Source: Candidatus Micrarchaeota archaeon (lineage in GTDB: Archaea; Micrarchaeota; Micrarchaeia; Norongarragalinales; SBBD01). From it: a stretch of DNA of 64,000 nucleotides. The position numbers and the translations under genes are program-made. The stretch covers positions 1,400 to 65,399 of the forward strand of contig JAZDGU010000018.1 in NCBI GenBank assembly GCA_043806595.1. Direction: 5' to 3'. Under the pieces are notes generated by a model. It ran no database searches, had not been told where the DNA came from, and saw nothing but the letters and a program-made list of their open reading frames with translations. Positions 37,465 to 47,451 of this stretch are shown here, in pieces (the stretch's first letter is position 1; each line of letters starts with the position of its first letter).

Positions 37465-40035
37465 TCAGTTCATTTGGACGATCTCGGGCATGTCGGCGGC
37501 AGAAGGCGGCTTTGGCTTGTGAAGAGTGGAGGAGTAATACACTGCGCCGCCTACTAAGGCGACTGCGGCAATGCCCGCGAGCCAGTAGTTGAACGACGAC
37601 TTGTTCGCCCTCGACTTTACCAAAAGGTCGCCGATCTTGACGCGCGCCTTATCCCAAAGCGCCTTGGCGGCATCAAAACGACCCTGGCGTTCCTGTTCCT
37701 TTGCCTGGGAGATGATTTCCTGCACTTCATGCTTCTCGTCATCAAACGGAAGCTCGTCCAAAGCAGCCTCGACCTCCTCGTTCGACTCGGGGATAACTAC
37801 ATACCTGGCGCCAAACAGCGTCGGAGAAGGACAAGGAACGGCAGTAATGGAAGGCCGCGGCGAAGGAGTCGGCGTGCCGTAATAGCCTCCGCCCGAATAA
37901 CCTCCGCCGCCCCCGCCGCCGCAAGTGTAGGCATGCGAACAAACGCCTGCACTGCACGAGTCCGCGGTGCACGAGTTGCCGTCGTCACAGGAAACGCCGC
38001 AGCACAAGTCAAGCTTGACGCACCCGCCCCAAGTCAAGTCCTCGCCGCATGTCCTCATGCCATCGCACTCGCCAAAAGTGCATTCCTCTTGCAAGCCCTC
38101 CTCACCGCAAGGCTCTGGAGTCGGAGTCTGGGAAGGGGTGGGAGTCGACGTAACCGTGGGCGTGGCAGTCGGGGTGGCGGAAGGCGTCGGAGTCGGCGTG
38201 CTGGCTGAATAGCACTGGCCGTAGCAGCAGTACTGGCCCGAAGGGCACGAGCCGGTGTAGTCCGGCCAGCACTGGCCCCAATGGCCGCACGTATCGCCGA
38301 AACAACTGCCGCCCATCGTGCCGCACTCCGTGCCAGGCGGGGAAGGCGAGGGCGTTGGAGTGGGTGAAGGAGTGGCAGTGGGAGTCGCGGTAACCGTGGG
38401 GGTCGGAGTGACTACGCCCTCGCACTGCGTCAGGCAGCAGTAGTCGGAATCGCCCGCGGGAAGCCATTGGTCGCCCGGACAAACCTCATCCGGCGAACAC
38501 ACATACCCGCCCTGTTCGGCGCAGGTCGGGAGCAAGGCCTCGCTGGCGAGGTACAGCACCCAGTCGAGGGAGGGGTTGTTCGGAGGGGAGAGCACGAGGT
38601 TGCCGGGACCCACGGTGCCCTGCGATGCGACGGTTCCCGCGCGCGGGTCGAACCACGCGAAAGCGAAGTCGTGCGCGATTTCCGAGGCGCTCAGCGTCAC
38701 GGTTCCGCCCGCGGGCTCGAAGCAAATGTAGCCGACTGCGGTTTCCGCTAGGCAATGCGCGTCAGAGCCCGCGGACTGCAGGACCGTGTCGCGGGGGGAC
38801 ATGCGCTGGAAGGCAGGCTGCAGGGAATCGAAGAAGGCGTCGAATTCGGCTAGCCCGGAACCCGTGCCGGTGCCCGCGGCGCCGCCGACCAAGGCCATCC
38901 AGAGCTTCCTGCGCATGTTGATGTCGTTGTCGTCGTCGTTGAACCCGAATTCCTCGTTGATGAGGGGCTTCGGCGGGTTGGGGAGAAGGTAGTTCGTCCT
39001 CGTGTGCAGGTAGTTGCCTTGGTAGGAGACGCCGTTGCCCGCCTGCGTCGCCATGAAGTCGAACAACGGGTTGTTGGGGAAGGCGAAGTTGCCGGTCAGG
39101 CCGTGGATGGACACGGGCCTGCCGAAGGGATTGTAGGATTGCGCGTACCCGGAGAAGGTGAGCGCCTCGTTCTGCGAGAAATACTCGTCCCACTCGAGCG
39201 CGACCACGAACATGGTGTTATAGGCGGAAAGGCGGGACATCGCGTACTTGATGTAGCGCTCGGCTGCGGGGAAAGGGATGCTGCCCGTCCAGAAGCCGCC
39301 GTCCGAGAAGAACCACAGCTCGGCGACGATGCCTTCGAGTGCGAGGCGCGCGATTTCCTGCTCATAAACCTTCCAGTGCGCGAGGTTCATGTGCTCCAGG
39401 TCGGGGCTGTTGATGCTGCCCAGCCAAGGATTCGTAGGGTAAGCCGCGATATAGTCGTTGCCGTTGGCGAGGTAGATGTTCATCTTGTTGGCGCGGATCG
39501 CGCGCGCCCTCGCGAGGTACTGCAGGCGGTGGGCCTCGTTCACGTTGTCCGACAGGTACAGGTGCGTCCAGCGAACGGGGTCGGGGCCGGCAACGCGGTC
39601 GAGGAAGTTGCCGTGCAGGTGGACGGAATCGCCCTCGGAATAACGGAACCAGTGGCCGTTGTCGGGGTCGACGATTATGGGACCCTTGTTGGCGGAAGGC
39701 AGCACGGTCACGGTTCCGGTCAGCCCGTCCATTGAGGAGTGCCCGGAGGACGTGACGTAGGTCCAAAGGCCTTCCTCGTCGCCCGCGAACCGCACGCTCC
39801 ACACGTTCCCGGTCTGCCCGCCGTTGCCGTCGCCCTCGAAAAACCCGAAGGCGACGATTTGCCTCTGCGTGTGGCTGGTGAAGGTGACGGTCAGGTCGAC
39901 GTCGAAGGGGTTGGAATAGGCGTTGGTGGACACGAAGTCGATGGAGAGCACGTCGTGCTTGGGAATCTGGTAGTCGGCGGCGGCCGAAGTGCATAGGAAG
40001 AGGAGAAGGGTGAAGGCGGGAACAAGTCGACGCAT
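37465..40035 (-). CDS. Large membrane-anchored surface protein: DUF5060/DUF4038-like glycoside hydrolase region, Cys-rich modules, PT linkers, C-terminal TM
   Basis: Signal peptide; NPFDV.....F, W.VRF....G.W.Y.T; LEWDE, INEEFG, WFDPR.G; Cys-rich and TPTP segments; terminal TM helix. Confidence 0.8.
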   Translation of the reverse strand: MRRLVPAFTLLLFLCTSAAADYQIPKHDVLSIDFVSTNAYSNPFDVDLTVTFTSHTQRQIVAFGFFEGDGNGGQTGNVWSVRFAGDEEGLWTYVTSSGHSSMDGLTGTVTVLPSANKGPIIVDPDNGHWFRYSEGDSVHLHGNFLDRVAGPDPVRWTHLYLSDNVNEAHRLQYLARARAIRANKMNIYLANGNDYIAAYPTNPWLGSINSPDLEHMNLAHWKVYEQEIARLALEGIVAELWFFSDGGFWTGSIPFPAAERYIKYAMSRLSAYNTMFVVALEWDEYFSQNEALTFSGYAQSYNPFGRPVSIHGLTGNFAFPNNPLFDFMATQAGNGVSYQGNYLHTRTNYLLPNPPKPLINEEFGFNDDDNDINMRRKLWMALVGGAAGTGTGSGLAEFDAFFDSLQPAFQRMSPRDTVLQSAGSDAHCLAETAVGYICFEPAGGTVTLSASEIAHDFAFAWFDPRAGTVASQGTVGPGNLVLSPPNNPSLDWVLYLASEALLPTCAEQGGYVCSPDEVCPGDQWLPAGDSDYCCLTQCEGVVTPTPTVTATPTATPSPTPTPSPSPPGTECGTMGGSCFGDTCGHWGQCWPDYTGSCPSGQYCCYGQCYSASTPTPTPSATPTATPTVTSTPTPSQTPTPEPCGEEGLQEECTFGECDGMRTCGEDLTWGGCVKLDLCCGVSCDDGNSCTADSCSAGVCSHAYTCGGGGGGGYSGGGYYGTPTPSPRPSITAVPCPSPTLFGARYVVIPESNEEVEAALDELPFDDEKHEVQEIISQAKEQERQGRFDAAKALWDKARVKIGDLLVKSRANKSSFNYWLAGIAAVALVGGAVYYSSTLHKPKPPSAADMPEIVQMN

Positions 40036-40213
40036 GGCCAAACCACCGGACATTGAAGAGCAGGTAATCAAATAAAAACGCAGCGCATTCCCGGGGGGGA
40101 AAAGGGGTGCGGGGGCGAGGGGCGGGGGGTGGGAGGACAGGGCACATGGGGGCAAGGCGTATAAATTAGGCCGCCGCAAAGCATATCATAACGGAGGGGC
40201 GGGGGTGGTTTGA

Positions 40214-41161
40214 ATGAAGGCCATGATTTCCGAGTTGAAGGAAGGACAGCAGGTGGACTCGCTTTTCAGCGTCAAGTACAAGCGCGACGTCCTGCAGTAC
40301 GCGAACGGCTGGAGGTTCGCGTTCGGGGCAAGCGACCGCACCGGCGAGGTAGAAGTCAGCTACTGGGGCGCGAACGACGAGGCGCGCGTGCGGAAGGCGC
40401 ACGCGGCATTCGGGGAAGGAAGCGTCGTGCGAGTTGTCGGGCTCGTCGGCTCGTACAAGGGAAGGAAGAAGATTGACGTCAACGAGGGCAAGGGCCTCAT
40501 CGAGCCCGCAGGGGAATACGACATCGCCGACTTCCTGGCACACACCGCGAAAGACGTCGGGGGAATGTACGCCGAACTCCTCGGGATGGTGGAAAGCGTC
40601 ACGCACCCCGGGCTGAAGAAGCTGCTGGAAGCGTTCTTCAACGATTCCGGGTTCGCGGAGAGGTTCAGGCAGGCGCCGGGGGCCATGCAGATGCACCACG
40701 CGTGGGTAGGCGGCCTCCTCGAGCACACGCTCGCTGTGGCGCGCATAAGCAGGAACGCGGCGCCGGAATACGGCGCGGACCTGGATCTGGTGACCGCGGG
40801 CGCGCTCCTGCACGACATCGGCAAGATGCGGGAGTACGAGGTGACCACGAACATTAAAATCGGCGAGGAGGGCATGCTCCGCGGCCACACTGCCATCGGG
40901 GAGGAGACGGTGAGGCGGAAGGCGATTGAAACCGGACTCGACGGGCAGACGCTCCTCAAGCTGTCGCACATGATTCTCTCCCACCACGGCGAGCTCTCGA
41001 ACGGCGCGCCCAAGACGCCCATGTTCGCGGAGGCGGCAATCGTGCACTTCGCCGACTACCTGGACGCGAGGGCCGCGCGGCTTGCCCAGGTGAAGAGGGA
41101 GGCGACGACGGAAGACTTCCGCGTGTACGACGGCAAGGCCGGGGAAGTCTACCTGCGTTGA
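40214..41161 (+). CDS. yhaM: YhaM/Cbf1-like OB-HD 3'-5' exoribonuclease
   Basis: D.TG.V OB fold, MHHAWVGGLLEHT, LHDIGK, GH, ILSHHG, EA.IVH.AD. Confidence 0.9.
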   Translation: MKAMISELKEGQQVDSLFSVKYKRDVLQYANGWRFAFGASDRTGEVEVSYWGANDEARVRKAHAAFGEGSVVRVVGLVGSYKGRKKIDVNEGKGLIEPAGEYDIADFLAHTAKDVGGMYAELLGMVESVTHPGLKKLLEAFFNDSGFAERFRQAPGAMQMHHAWVGGLLEHTLAVARISRNAAPEYGADLDLVTAGALLHDIGKMREYEVTTNIKIGEEGMLRGHTAIGEETVRRKAIETGLDGQTLLKLSHMILSHHGELSNGAPKTPMFAEAAIVHFADYLDARAARLAQVKREATTEDFRVYDGKAGEVYLR

Positions 41162-41299
41162 CTCCGCGGGACTTGCCCGCCATGGTTGCCGGCCGCCGGT
41201 TCAAGCAGGACCAACTCCTCCAGCGCCTGCGCCAGCAGCCCAGCGTAGGCTCTCGCGTCGACTTCCTCCGGCTTCGCCATTGCCAGCGGGGGCTTGCCC

Positions 41300-42613
41300 T
41301 CAAAGAGGGGGCGTGGGAGTCGGAGTGTCGGTGGGCGTCGGGGCGGGGGTCGGCGTGGGCGTTGGAGTAGGCGTCGGCTCGGGCGTAGATGTTGGCGAAG
41401 GAGTGGGACTTGCCGTGGGCGTTGGGGTCGGCGTCGGCGCAGGCATGCAGTCCACCGCCGGGGTGCAGCCGTCGGCGCAGCCGGTCACCACCGGAACGAA
41501 GCCCTCGTGGCAAGCGAAGCCCTCGGGAATCGCGGCGCACTGATTCGGGTCAAGTACCTTGCAGCAGCCGGTGCCCGTGAAGACGCATTCCGGTGCGGCC
41601 GAAGGAGTAGGCGTGAGAGTCGGATGCGGAGTCGTTGAAGGGCTAGGGACCGGAGTCGTCGTGGGAGCGCACGTTGCTGCCGCATTACAGTCGGGCGCGC
41701 AACCGATGACCTTCGGAACCAGGGGCGGATCGCACGCGAAGTGCGGCGGAATCGCGGCGCACGTGTTCAAATCCGAAGTGCGGCAGCAGCCCTCGCCCGT
41801 GAAGACGCACTCCGGCTCGGGAGTTGCAGCCACAGTCGCGGTAACGGTCGCCCCGATATTCGGACACTTGAAGCACGCCTCGGAAGGCGAGTCCCCGCAG
41901 GAGTAAGACGCGAGAACGACGCAGCCGCGCGCATTCTCTTCATCCCTGGAAAGGCAAGCATAGTCCTCGGGGCAGGAATGCTTGGGGGCAACGGGCGCGT
42001 TAGCGGGCTTCTGGCCAGTAGTCTCGGCGCCGTCGCCCACGTACCTCGTCAGTTTCTCCGTCGAATAACAGTCTTCGGTGGACGTTTTCGCCCAGAAGTC
42101 GTCAAAATTGGCGCCGCTCCCGAAGCATACGTGCGTCGGGACCATCTCGGTGGCCCTCAGCCGCCTGAACAAGTAGGCGTTGTAGACCGGCTCGGTGAAG
42201 TCCTTCTCGATGGCCGAGCCGACGAGCTTCTTCGCGCTCCACAGCTGGGTCTTGCTCAAATAAATGTGTTTCAGCTCCGGGTCGAAGCTGTTGCTTACGG
42301 AGTTGGACAGAAGCCTTTTCGAGCCGGCCGAGCCCTCGGCTTTCAGCCATTCCTCGCGCCCGACTTCCTTGTCATCGGACTTCAGGATGACGATGCCGTA
42401 GGTGATGGTGATTCCCTCGCCGGGGGCGGCAATCTCCTCCGCCCAGGATGCGACGGAAGTCTGGGTGGGAAAGACGGTGAACCTCGCGGCGTAAAGCACT
42501 TCCACCTCGTCGAACTGGTAGGTGATTTTCGGGGCGTCCTGCGCGACCGCCGGCACGGAAAACGCGGCTGCCAGGACCGCAAGCGACACCAAAACGAATC
42601 TCGGGATGTTCAT
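41300..42613 (-). CDS. Secreted Cys-rich, Pro/Thr-linked protein; probably frameshifted just before its true C-terminus
   Basis: Signal peptide; two PECVFTGxGCC...CAAIP..FAC...V.GCA..C....C repeats; long TP tail. Confidence 0.8.
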   Translation of the reverse strand: MNIPRFVLVSLAVLAAAFSVPAVAQDAPKITYQFDEVEVLYAARFTVFPTQTSVASWAEEIAAPGEGITITYGIVILKSDDKEVGREEWLKAEGSAGSKRLLSNSVSNSFDPELKHIYLSKTQLWSAKKLVGSAIEKDFTEPVYNAYLFRRLRATEMVPTHVCFGSGANFDDFWAKTSTEDCYSTEKLTRYVGDGAETTGQKPANAPVAPKHSCPEDYACLSRDEENARGCVVLASYSCGDSPSEACFKCPNIGATVTATVAATPEPECVFTGEGCCRTSDLNTCAAIPPHFACDPPLVPKVIGCAPDCNAAATCAPTTTPVPSPSTTPHPTLTPTPSAAPECVFTGTGCCKVLDPNQCAAIPEGFACHEGFVPVVTGCADGCTPAVDCMPAPTPTPTPTASPTPSPTSTPEPTPTPTPTPTPAPTPTDTPTPTPPL

Positions 42614-42852
42614 GACAACGCCTTTTCTACCGCCTCCTCGATTACGCCGCCGGGGTACGTCGTGGGGACTGGGGTGGGCACCGGCGTGGCCGTAGCCGTC
42701 GGAGTCGGAGTTGCCGTGAGCGTGGGGGAAGGGGTTTGCGTCGGGACAGGAGTCGGGCCGGCGGCGGGCTGGGTGCAGCCGGCTGTGAGCAATGCGGTGA
42801 AAGCGATTGCCGCGAAGACCATGCCGGTTTGCTGTGCACGGTCCATGCGCAT
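42610..42852 (-). CDS. Small Pro/Thr-rich lipoprotein
   Basis: LTAGC lipobox-like signal then TP repeats; ATGA overlap with the downstream gene; TATA upstream. Confidence 0.7.
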   Translation of the reverse strand: MRMDRAQQTGMVFAAIAFTALLTAGCTQPAAGPTPVPTQTPSPTLTATPTPTATATPVPTPVPTTYPGGVIEEAVEKALS

Positions 42853-42925
42853 CGGATTAAGGCACGCGACCGCCCTTTATATTGCTTTGGCACTACCGCC
42901 GGGGGTAGTTGAATCAGCCGGGGCG

Positions 42926-43294
42926 CTACAATGCCAACAGCTCCTCCAGAGACTGCCCCAGCAGCCCGGAATAGGCGGCGATATCCAATTCATCCGCCTT
43001 GGCGCGGCTGGCGGGCTTGGCGCCGTGGACGGTCAGAACGAAGTCGATGGAATGGCGGCTGTCGCCGTCCTCGCCCTGAGTCGTCCACGTATGCACAACC
43101 CCCTACCCTTTCTCCCTTCGTTCCAGTTACACTGGATTGAAATTGCCGGGGCGGTGGTTAAATCTTCGTTGCCGCACGCATCTCCCGCCGGTGTCCAGCG
43201 ACGGGTCCGAACAGCCGGAATAGGCCTGCACGCAAAGCGGGAAGACGATGAGGAGAACCAGCACGGGACCGGCCGCGGTCGCAGGAATTCGCAT
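42926..43294 (-). pseudogene. Degraded secreted-protein gene
   Basis: ATG 43294 gives signal peptide MRIPATAAGPVLVLLIVFPLCVQA. The same frame has two internal stops and ends AKADELDIAAYSGLLGQSLEELLAL*. Confidence 0.55.
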
Positions 43295-43555
43295 TTGCCT
43301 TCGACACTAATAGGGGAAGGAGGTATATATTGCTTTCAAATGGAGGTCAGGGTTTCCTGCCGGGGATTAAACGGCATTATCCGATTGCAAATGAGTTTGA
43401 AAGACACACCCCTGAAGCGAACATGTTGAATGCCAACCAACGACTTCGGGGCCATTGCCGCCGGACGCACTAAGGGATACTACTTCAGCGCAAGGAAAAA
43501 CGGCATGCAGGCGAAAGCGTTTTAACCCCCGGGCGGCAAAGCCAATGCGATTGGA

Positions 43556-44938
43556 ATGGACGGCAAGAGGCAGATCGAGAGGGTGAAAAGCGCGGTCCTG
43601 CCGGTGGCAGGCGCGTTGGTCCTCGGGCTGGCTGCGCTGCTGTTCCTTTCCGCGATACGCGCCAGCCTTTTCTCCGACACCGGCCATGAGACGCGCATCT
43701 GGTTCGAGATAACCTTCCTGCTTCTGCTCGCGGTGCTCGCCGAACTGCTCGTGTTCTACCTCAGGCAGCCGGTGGTGATGGTGCTGCTCCTCGTCGGCGT
43801 GTTAATCGCCCCGGGAACCATCAACCTTACCTGGCCGGTCATCGCCGGAATAATAAACGCGCTGCTTTCGGCGGTATCAAACTGGAACATTCCAACCCAA
43901 GTGCCAAACCTGGTGCCCCTCGAGGGGACGGTGATGGTCTTCGCCAAGCTCGGCTCCATCATCCTTCTGTTCCAGATCGGACTTCATTCGGAGATACAGA
44001 AGATATTCAACGGCAAGAACTTCGTTGTGGCCATCCTAGGGGTCGTGCTGCCGTTCGCCGCGGGGTTCGCCTACGCGTCGTGGACGGGCGGCGGGTTCGC
44101 ATACGCGCTTTTCCTCGGCGCGGCCCTGACGGCGACGAGCGTGGGAGTGACGGTCGCCGTGCTCCAGGAGTTCGGCGTGATGAACAAGGACTACGCGCAG
44201 ATAATCCTCGGAGCCGCCGTTATCGACGACATCCTCGCGCTGCTCGCGCTTTCCTTCGTCAAGAACGTGCCGACGGCGCTTACCCCCGAGGCGCTCACGC
44301 CGCTCGCGATGGTGCTCGCGACTGCCGCGGTGTTCGTCATCGGCGGGATAAAGCTCGGCCAGTTCATCGTCCACAGGTACTTCTACAGGTACACCGACGA
44401 GACATTCTCGAAAAAGACATTCCTGCTGGCGATGGCATTCCTGCTCATGTACGCGTACGTCGCGGAAGTCGTCGGGCTGTCGGCGATAGTCGGCGCGTTC
44501 ATCGCCGGCATAACCCTCAACTACAGCCCAGTGATCCGCAAGATAAACGAGCTCATGGCGCCACTGGAAATGCTGTTCACGCCGATTTTCTTCATCTCGC
44601 TCGGAATGTTCGTGGACGTGGAGTCGATTCCCGGCGAGATTGTCCCGATTCTCGTCATTAGCGTAATCGCAGTGCTGGCAAAAGTCGTCGGGTGCGGAGG
44701 AGCGGCGCTGCTGGGCGGCGCCGGCAGGAAGGACGCGCTAATCGTCGGGCTGGGCATGGTCCCCCGCGGCGAGATCGCGCTCATCATCGGCCTCTACGGC
44801 CTCACGGCGATGGTGAACGGCGAGCCGGCAATCACTGCAGCAGAGTACACGATAATCTCGGCGATGGCGTTCATCACGACCATTATCGTGCCGCCAATAC
44901 TGCAGAAGATGATTACCGTAAAGGCATCGGCGGCCTAG
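43556..44938 (+). CDS. Cation:proton antiporter (CPA2)
   Basis: LLFQIGL, ATSVGVT, AAVIDD, GAFIAG, PIFF..LG, GMVPRGE. Confidence 0.92.
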   Translation: MDGKRQIERVKSAVLPVAGALVLGLAALLFLSAIRASLFSDTGHETRIWFEITFLLLLAVLAELLVFYLRQPVVMVLLLVGVLIAPGTINLTWPVIAGIINALLSAVSNWNIPTQVPNLVPLEGTVMVFAKLGSIILLFQIGLHSEIQKIFNGKNFVVAILGVVLPFAAGFAYASWTGGGFAYALFLGAALTATSVGVTVAVLQEFGVMNKDYAQIILGAAVIDDILALLALSFVKNVPTALTPEALTPLAMVLATAAVFVIGGIKLGQFIVHRYFYRYTDETFSKKTFLLAMAFLLMYAYVAEVVGLSAIVGAFIAGITLNYSPVIRKINELMAPLEMLFTPIFFISLGMFVDVESIPGEIVPILVISVIAVLAKVVGCGGAALLGGAGRKDALIVGLGMVPRGEIALIIGLYGLTAMVNGEPAITAAEYTIISAMAFITTIIVPPILQKMITVKASAA

Positions 44939-44976
44939 GTAATCCTGCATGCTTGGGCGGAGAAAATGGATTCGCT

Positions 44977-45031
44977 GATCGTTGAACCGCGGTTCCACGA
45001 TCGTGGAAGCACAATTGATACGTTTTTATAT
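44977..45031 (+). promoter_or_regulatory. Overlapping palindromes plus TATA upstream of the trehalose operon
   Basis: GATCGTtGAACCGCGGTTCcACGATC (44977-45002); perfect TTCCACGATCGTGGAA (44993-45008); TTTTTATA (45023-45030). Confidence 0.55.
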
Positions 45032-45210
45032 CTCGGAAAGCCCCAAACAAGGAGCCGGGTGAAATCTTCCCGGATGGCCGATCGGGCGGATTGCTTTCCG
45101 CGGGGAAGAGTCGCAGCGGCATGGTTTATCCTGTCCGATGCCGCGTACTGGCTGAACGGCCAATGCCGTGAATAACTGATGGGCGCGTACATCAAGCGTG
45201 GAAAAAACGG

Positions 45211-46665
45211 ATGAACCAATTCATTTCGAAGATAACCGAGAGGCTGGCCGGAAGGAGGCTCATCGTGGCGTCGAGCAGCGAACCGTACGTCCACTATTTG
45301 GAGGAGGAGGAAATCAAGTGGAGGCGTGGCACCGGGGGAGTGGTGACCGCGCTGGACCCGGTCCTCGCAGCCACAGGCGGGACGTGGGTCGCCCAGTCGT
45401 CGGGGGACGCCGACCGGCAGGCCTGCGATGAGAAGGGGTACGTGAAGGTCCCGCCGGAAAGCGGGGCGTACACCCTCAAGCGCATCTTCGTATCGAAAAA
45501 GGACGCGGCCGCATGCGGCAACGCGGCGAACGGCGCGCTCTGGCCGCTTTCGCACATAGTATACGTGAGGCCGCGTTTCGTCGACGAGGAATGGGAGGCA
45601 TTCCGGCAGGTTAACCGGCGGTTCGCGGAGGCGATAGCCGAGGAGGCCAAAAAAGGCGAAAGCGTCGTCTGGCTCAACGACTACCAGCTCGTGCTGTGCG
45701 CGAAATACGTTAAGGAGCTGGTTCCCGACGTGCCGACGGTCTACTTCTGGCACATCCCGTGGCCGAACCCGCAGGTCTTCAAAATCTGCCCCTGGCACGT
45801 GGAAATCATGGACGCGGTGCTCTCCAACGACATCATCGGGTTCCACACCCGCTACCATTCCGTCAACTTCCTGGACTCCGTGGACCAGACGATCGAGGCC
45901 CGCGTAGACCGCCCGGCGTCGTCCGTGCACTACAAGGGCAGGGAGGTCACCGTGCGCGCGCTGCCCATCAGCGTCGACTTCGACGGGATTAGCGCCGCAG
46001 CGGAAAATGTCGGCGAGGGCGCGATTAGGAGGGCGAAGCGCAGGTACGGCATAGGCAAGGGGGCGCTGGTGGTCGGCATCGACCGCATGGATTACACGAA
46101 GGGATTGGCGGAGAAGATCAAGGCTATTGACGAATTCCTGCAGAAGCACCCAGAAAGCGCCGAAAAAATCACGCTCGTGCAGATTGCCTCGCCGACGCGC
46201 ACGCACCTCGAGGCATACAGGCAGACTGCGGAGGAGGTGGAAACGCTCGTGGAGGAGGTCAACTGGAGGAACTCCACCGACTCGTGGAAGCCCATTATCT
46301 TCGAGAACAGGTATGCGTCCACGGAGGAAATCTACACGCTCTACGGCCTCGCGGACGTATGCATCATCACGCCGCTCCATGACGGCATGAACCTCGTCTC
46401 GAAGGAGTTCGTGGCCGCGAAAAACGACGGCAACGGCGTGCTCATACTGAGCAAGTTCGCCGGCTCGAACGCGGAGCTCAAGGACGCGCTTTCCGTCAAC
46501 CCGTTCTCCACGAACGAGGTCGTCGCCGCGCTGGAGACCGCGCTCCAGATGCCGATTGAGGAGAGGCGGGAACGGATGACGCGCCTGCGCGCGGAAGTCG
46601 GTGAAAACAACGTCTTCAAGTGGGCCTCGGATTTCCTGAGCATGGCCGCCAAGGTAAGGGGTTGA
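45211..46665 (+). CDS. otsA: Trehalose-6-phosphate synthase (GT20)
   Basis: GGVVTAL, LWPL.H, DYQL, HIPWP, DRMDYTKG, DGMNLVSKEFVA, LSKFAG. Confidence 0.95.
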   Translation: MNQFISKITERLAGRRLIVASSSEPYVHYLEEEEIKWRRGTGGVVTALDPVLAATGGTWVAQSSGDADRQACDEKGYVKVPPESGAYTLKRIFVSKKDAAACGNAANGALWPLSHIVYVRPRFVDEEWEAFRQVNRRFAEAIAEEAKKGESVVWLNDYQLVLCAKYVKELVPDVPTVYFWHIPWPNPQVFKICPWHVEIMDAVLSNDIIGFHTRYHSVNFLDSVDQTIEARVDRPASSVHYKGREVTVRALPISVDFDGISAAAENVGEGAIRRAKRRYGIGKGALVVGIDRMDYTKGLAEKIKAIDEFLQKHPESAEKITLVQIASPTRTHLEAYRQTAEEVETLVEEVNWRNSTDSWKPIIFENRYASTEEIYTLYGLADVCIITPLHDGMNLVSKEFVAAKNDGNGVLILSKFAGSNAELKDALSVNPFSTNEVVAALETALQMPIEERRERMTRLRAEVGENNVFKWASDFLSMAAKVRG

Positions 46666-46670
46666 CTGCC

Positions 46671-47447
46671 GTGCGCGTTCCACACACGTTCCGCAGACGG
46701 CTCGGCGAATGCAAGCGCCTCCTGTGCGCGTTCGACTTCGACGGGACGCTCTCCGAGATCGCCCCCACGCCCGGGCAGGCAGCGGTATCCCGGGGAATGC
46801 GCGAGATGCTCGTCCGGCTGGAGGGGCTCGCCGACGTCGTAATCGTGAGCTCGAGGAGGGCGGGCGAGCTCAGGAAAAAGCTGCCTTTCCTCAGGCGCGC
46901 AGGATTCTACGGAATGCATGGGCTGGAGACCCCGCACGGCAAGCTGAAGGTGCCCCGGGGGCGTCTGGCCGCTGTCGAATCGGCAAAGGCGGAGGCGGCA
47001 AGGCTCATCGCACCGTTCAAGGGCGCATGGATAGAGGGCAAGGATTCCGGATTCTCGGTGCATTTCAGGGACGTCGCGCCCGCAAGGCAGGAACCGCTCG
47101 CGGAGGCGCTGATGCGGAAGATGAAAAGCAGGCGACTGCTGGTCTACCGCGGGAGGAAGGCGGTTGAAGTGCTCGCCCGGGGAAGCCCCACGAAGGCCTC
47201 CACGCTGCACTCGATTTCAAGACGATTGCCGCAGGGCACGCTTATGCTTTTCTTCGGCGACGACGAGGCCGACGAGGCCGCGTTCCAGGCGCTCGCACGC
47301 GAAAAGAACTTCGTAGGCGTCGCGGTGGGCAGGAAAAAGACGTCCGCGGGGCTGACCGTGATAAACCCGCGCGGAGTCGAGGAATTCCTGCGCTATATTA
47401 ATAACCTCCTATCGCTAACGAATCCGGCGGGAGGGCCGCCGGTGTGA
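46671..47447 (+). CDS. otsB: Trehalose-6-phosphate phosphatase (HAD)
   Basis: FDFDGTL, G.HGLE, E.K....VHFR, GDD..DE.AF. Confidence 0.9.
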   Translation: MRVPHTFRRRLGECKRLLCAFDFDGTLSEIAPTPGQAAVSRGMREMLVRLEGLADVVIVSSRRAGELRKKLPFLRRAGFYGMHGLETPHGKLKVPRGRLAAVESAKAEAARLIAPFKGAWIEGKDSGFSVHFRDVAPARQEPLAEALMRKMKSRRLLVYRGRKAVEVLARGSPTKASTLHSISRRLPQGTLMLFFGDDEADEAAFQALAREKNFVGVAVGRKKTSAGLTVINPRGVEEFLRYINNLLSLTNPAGGPPV

Positions 47448-47451
47448 AACG

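Noticed and set aside
38110..42780. GGAGTCGGCGT-like repeats as a CRISPR array or VNTR
   Set aside because: They are degenerate codons for Thr-Pro linkers; there is no repeat-spacer structure and no cas genes.
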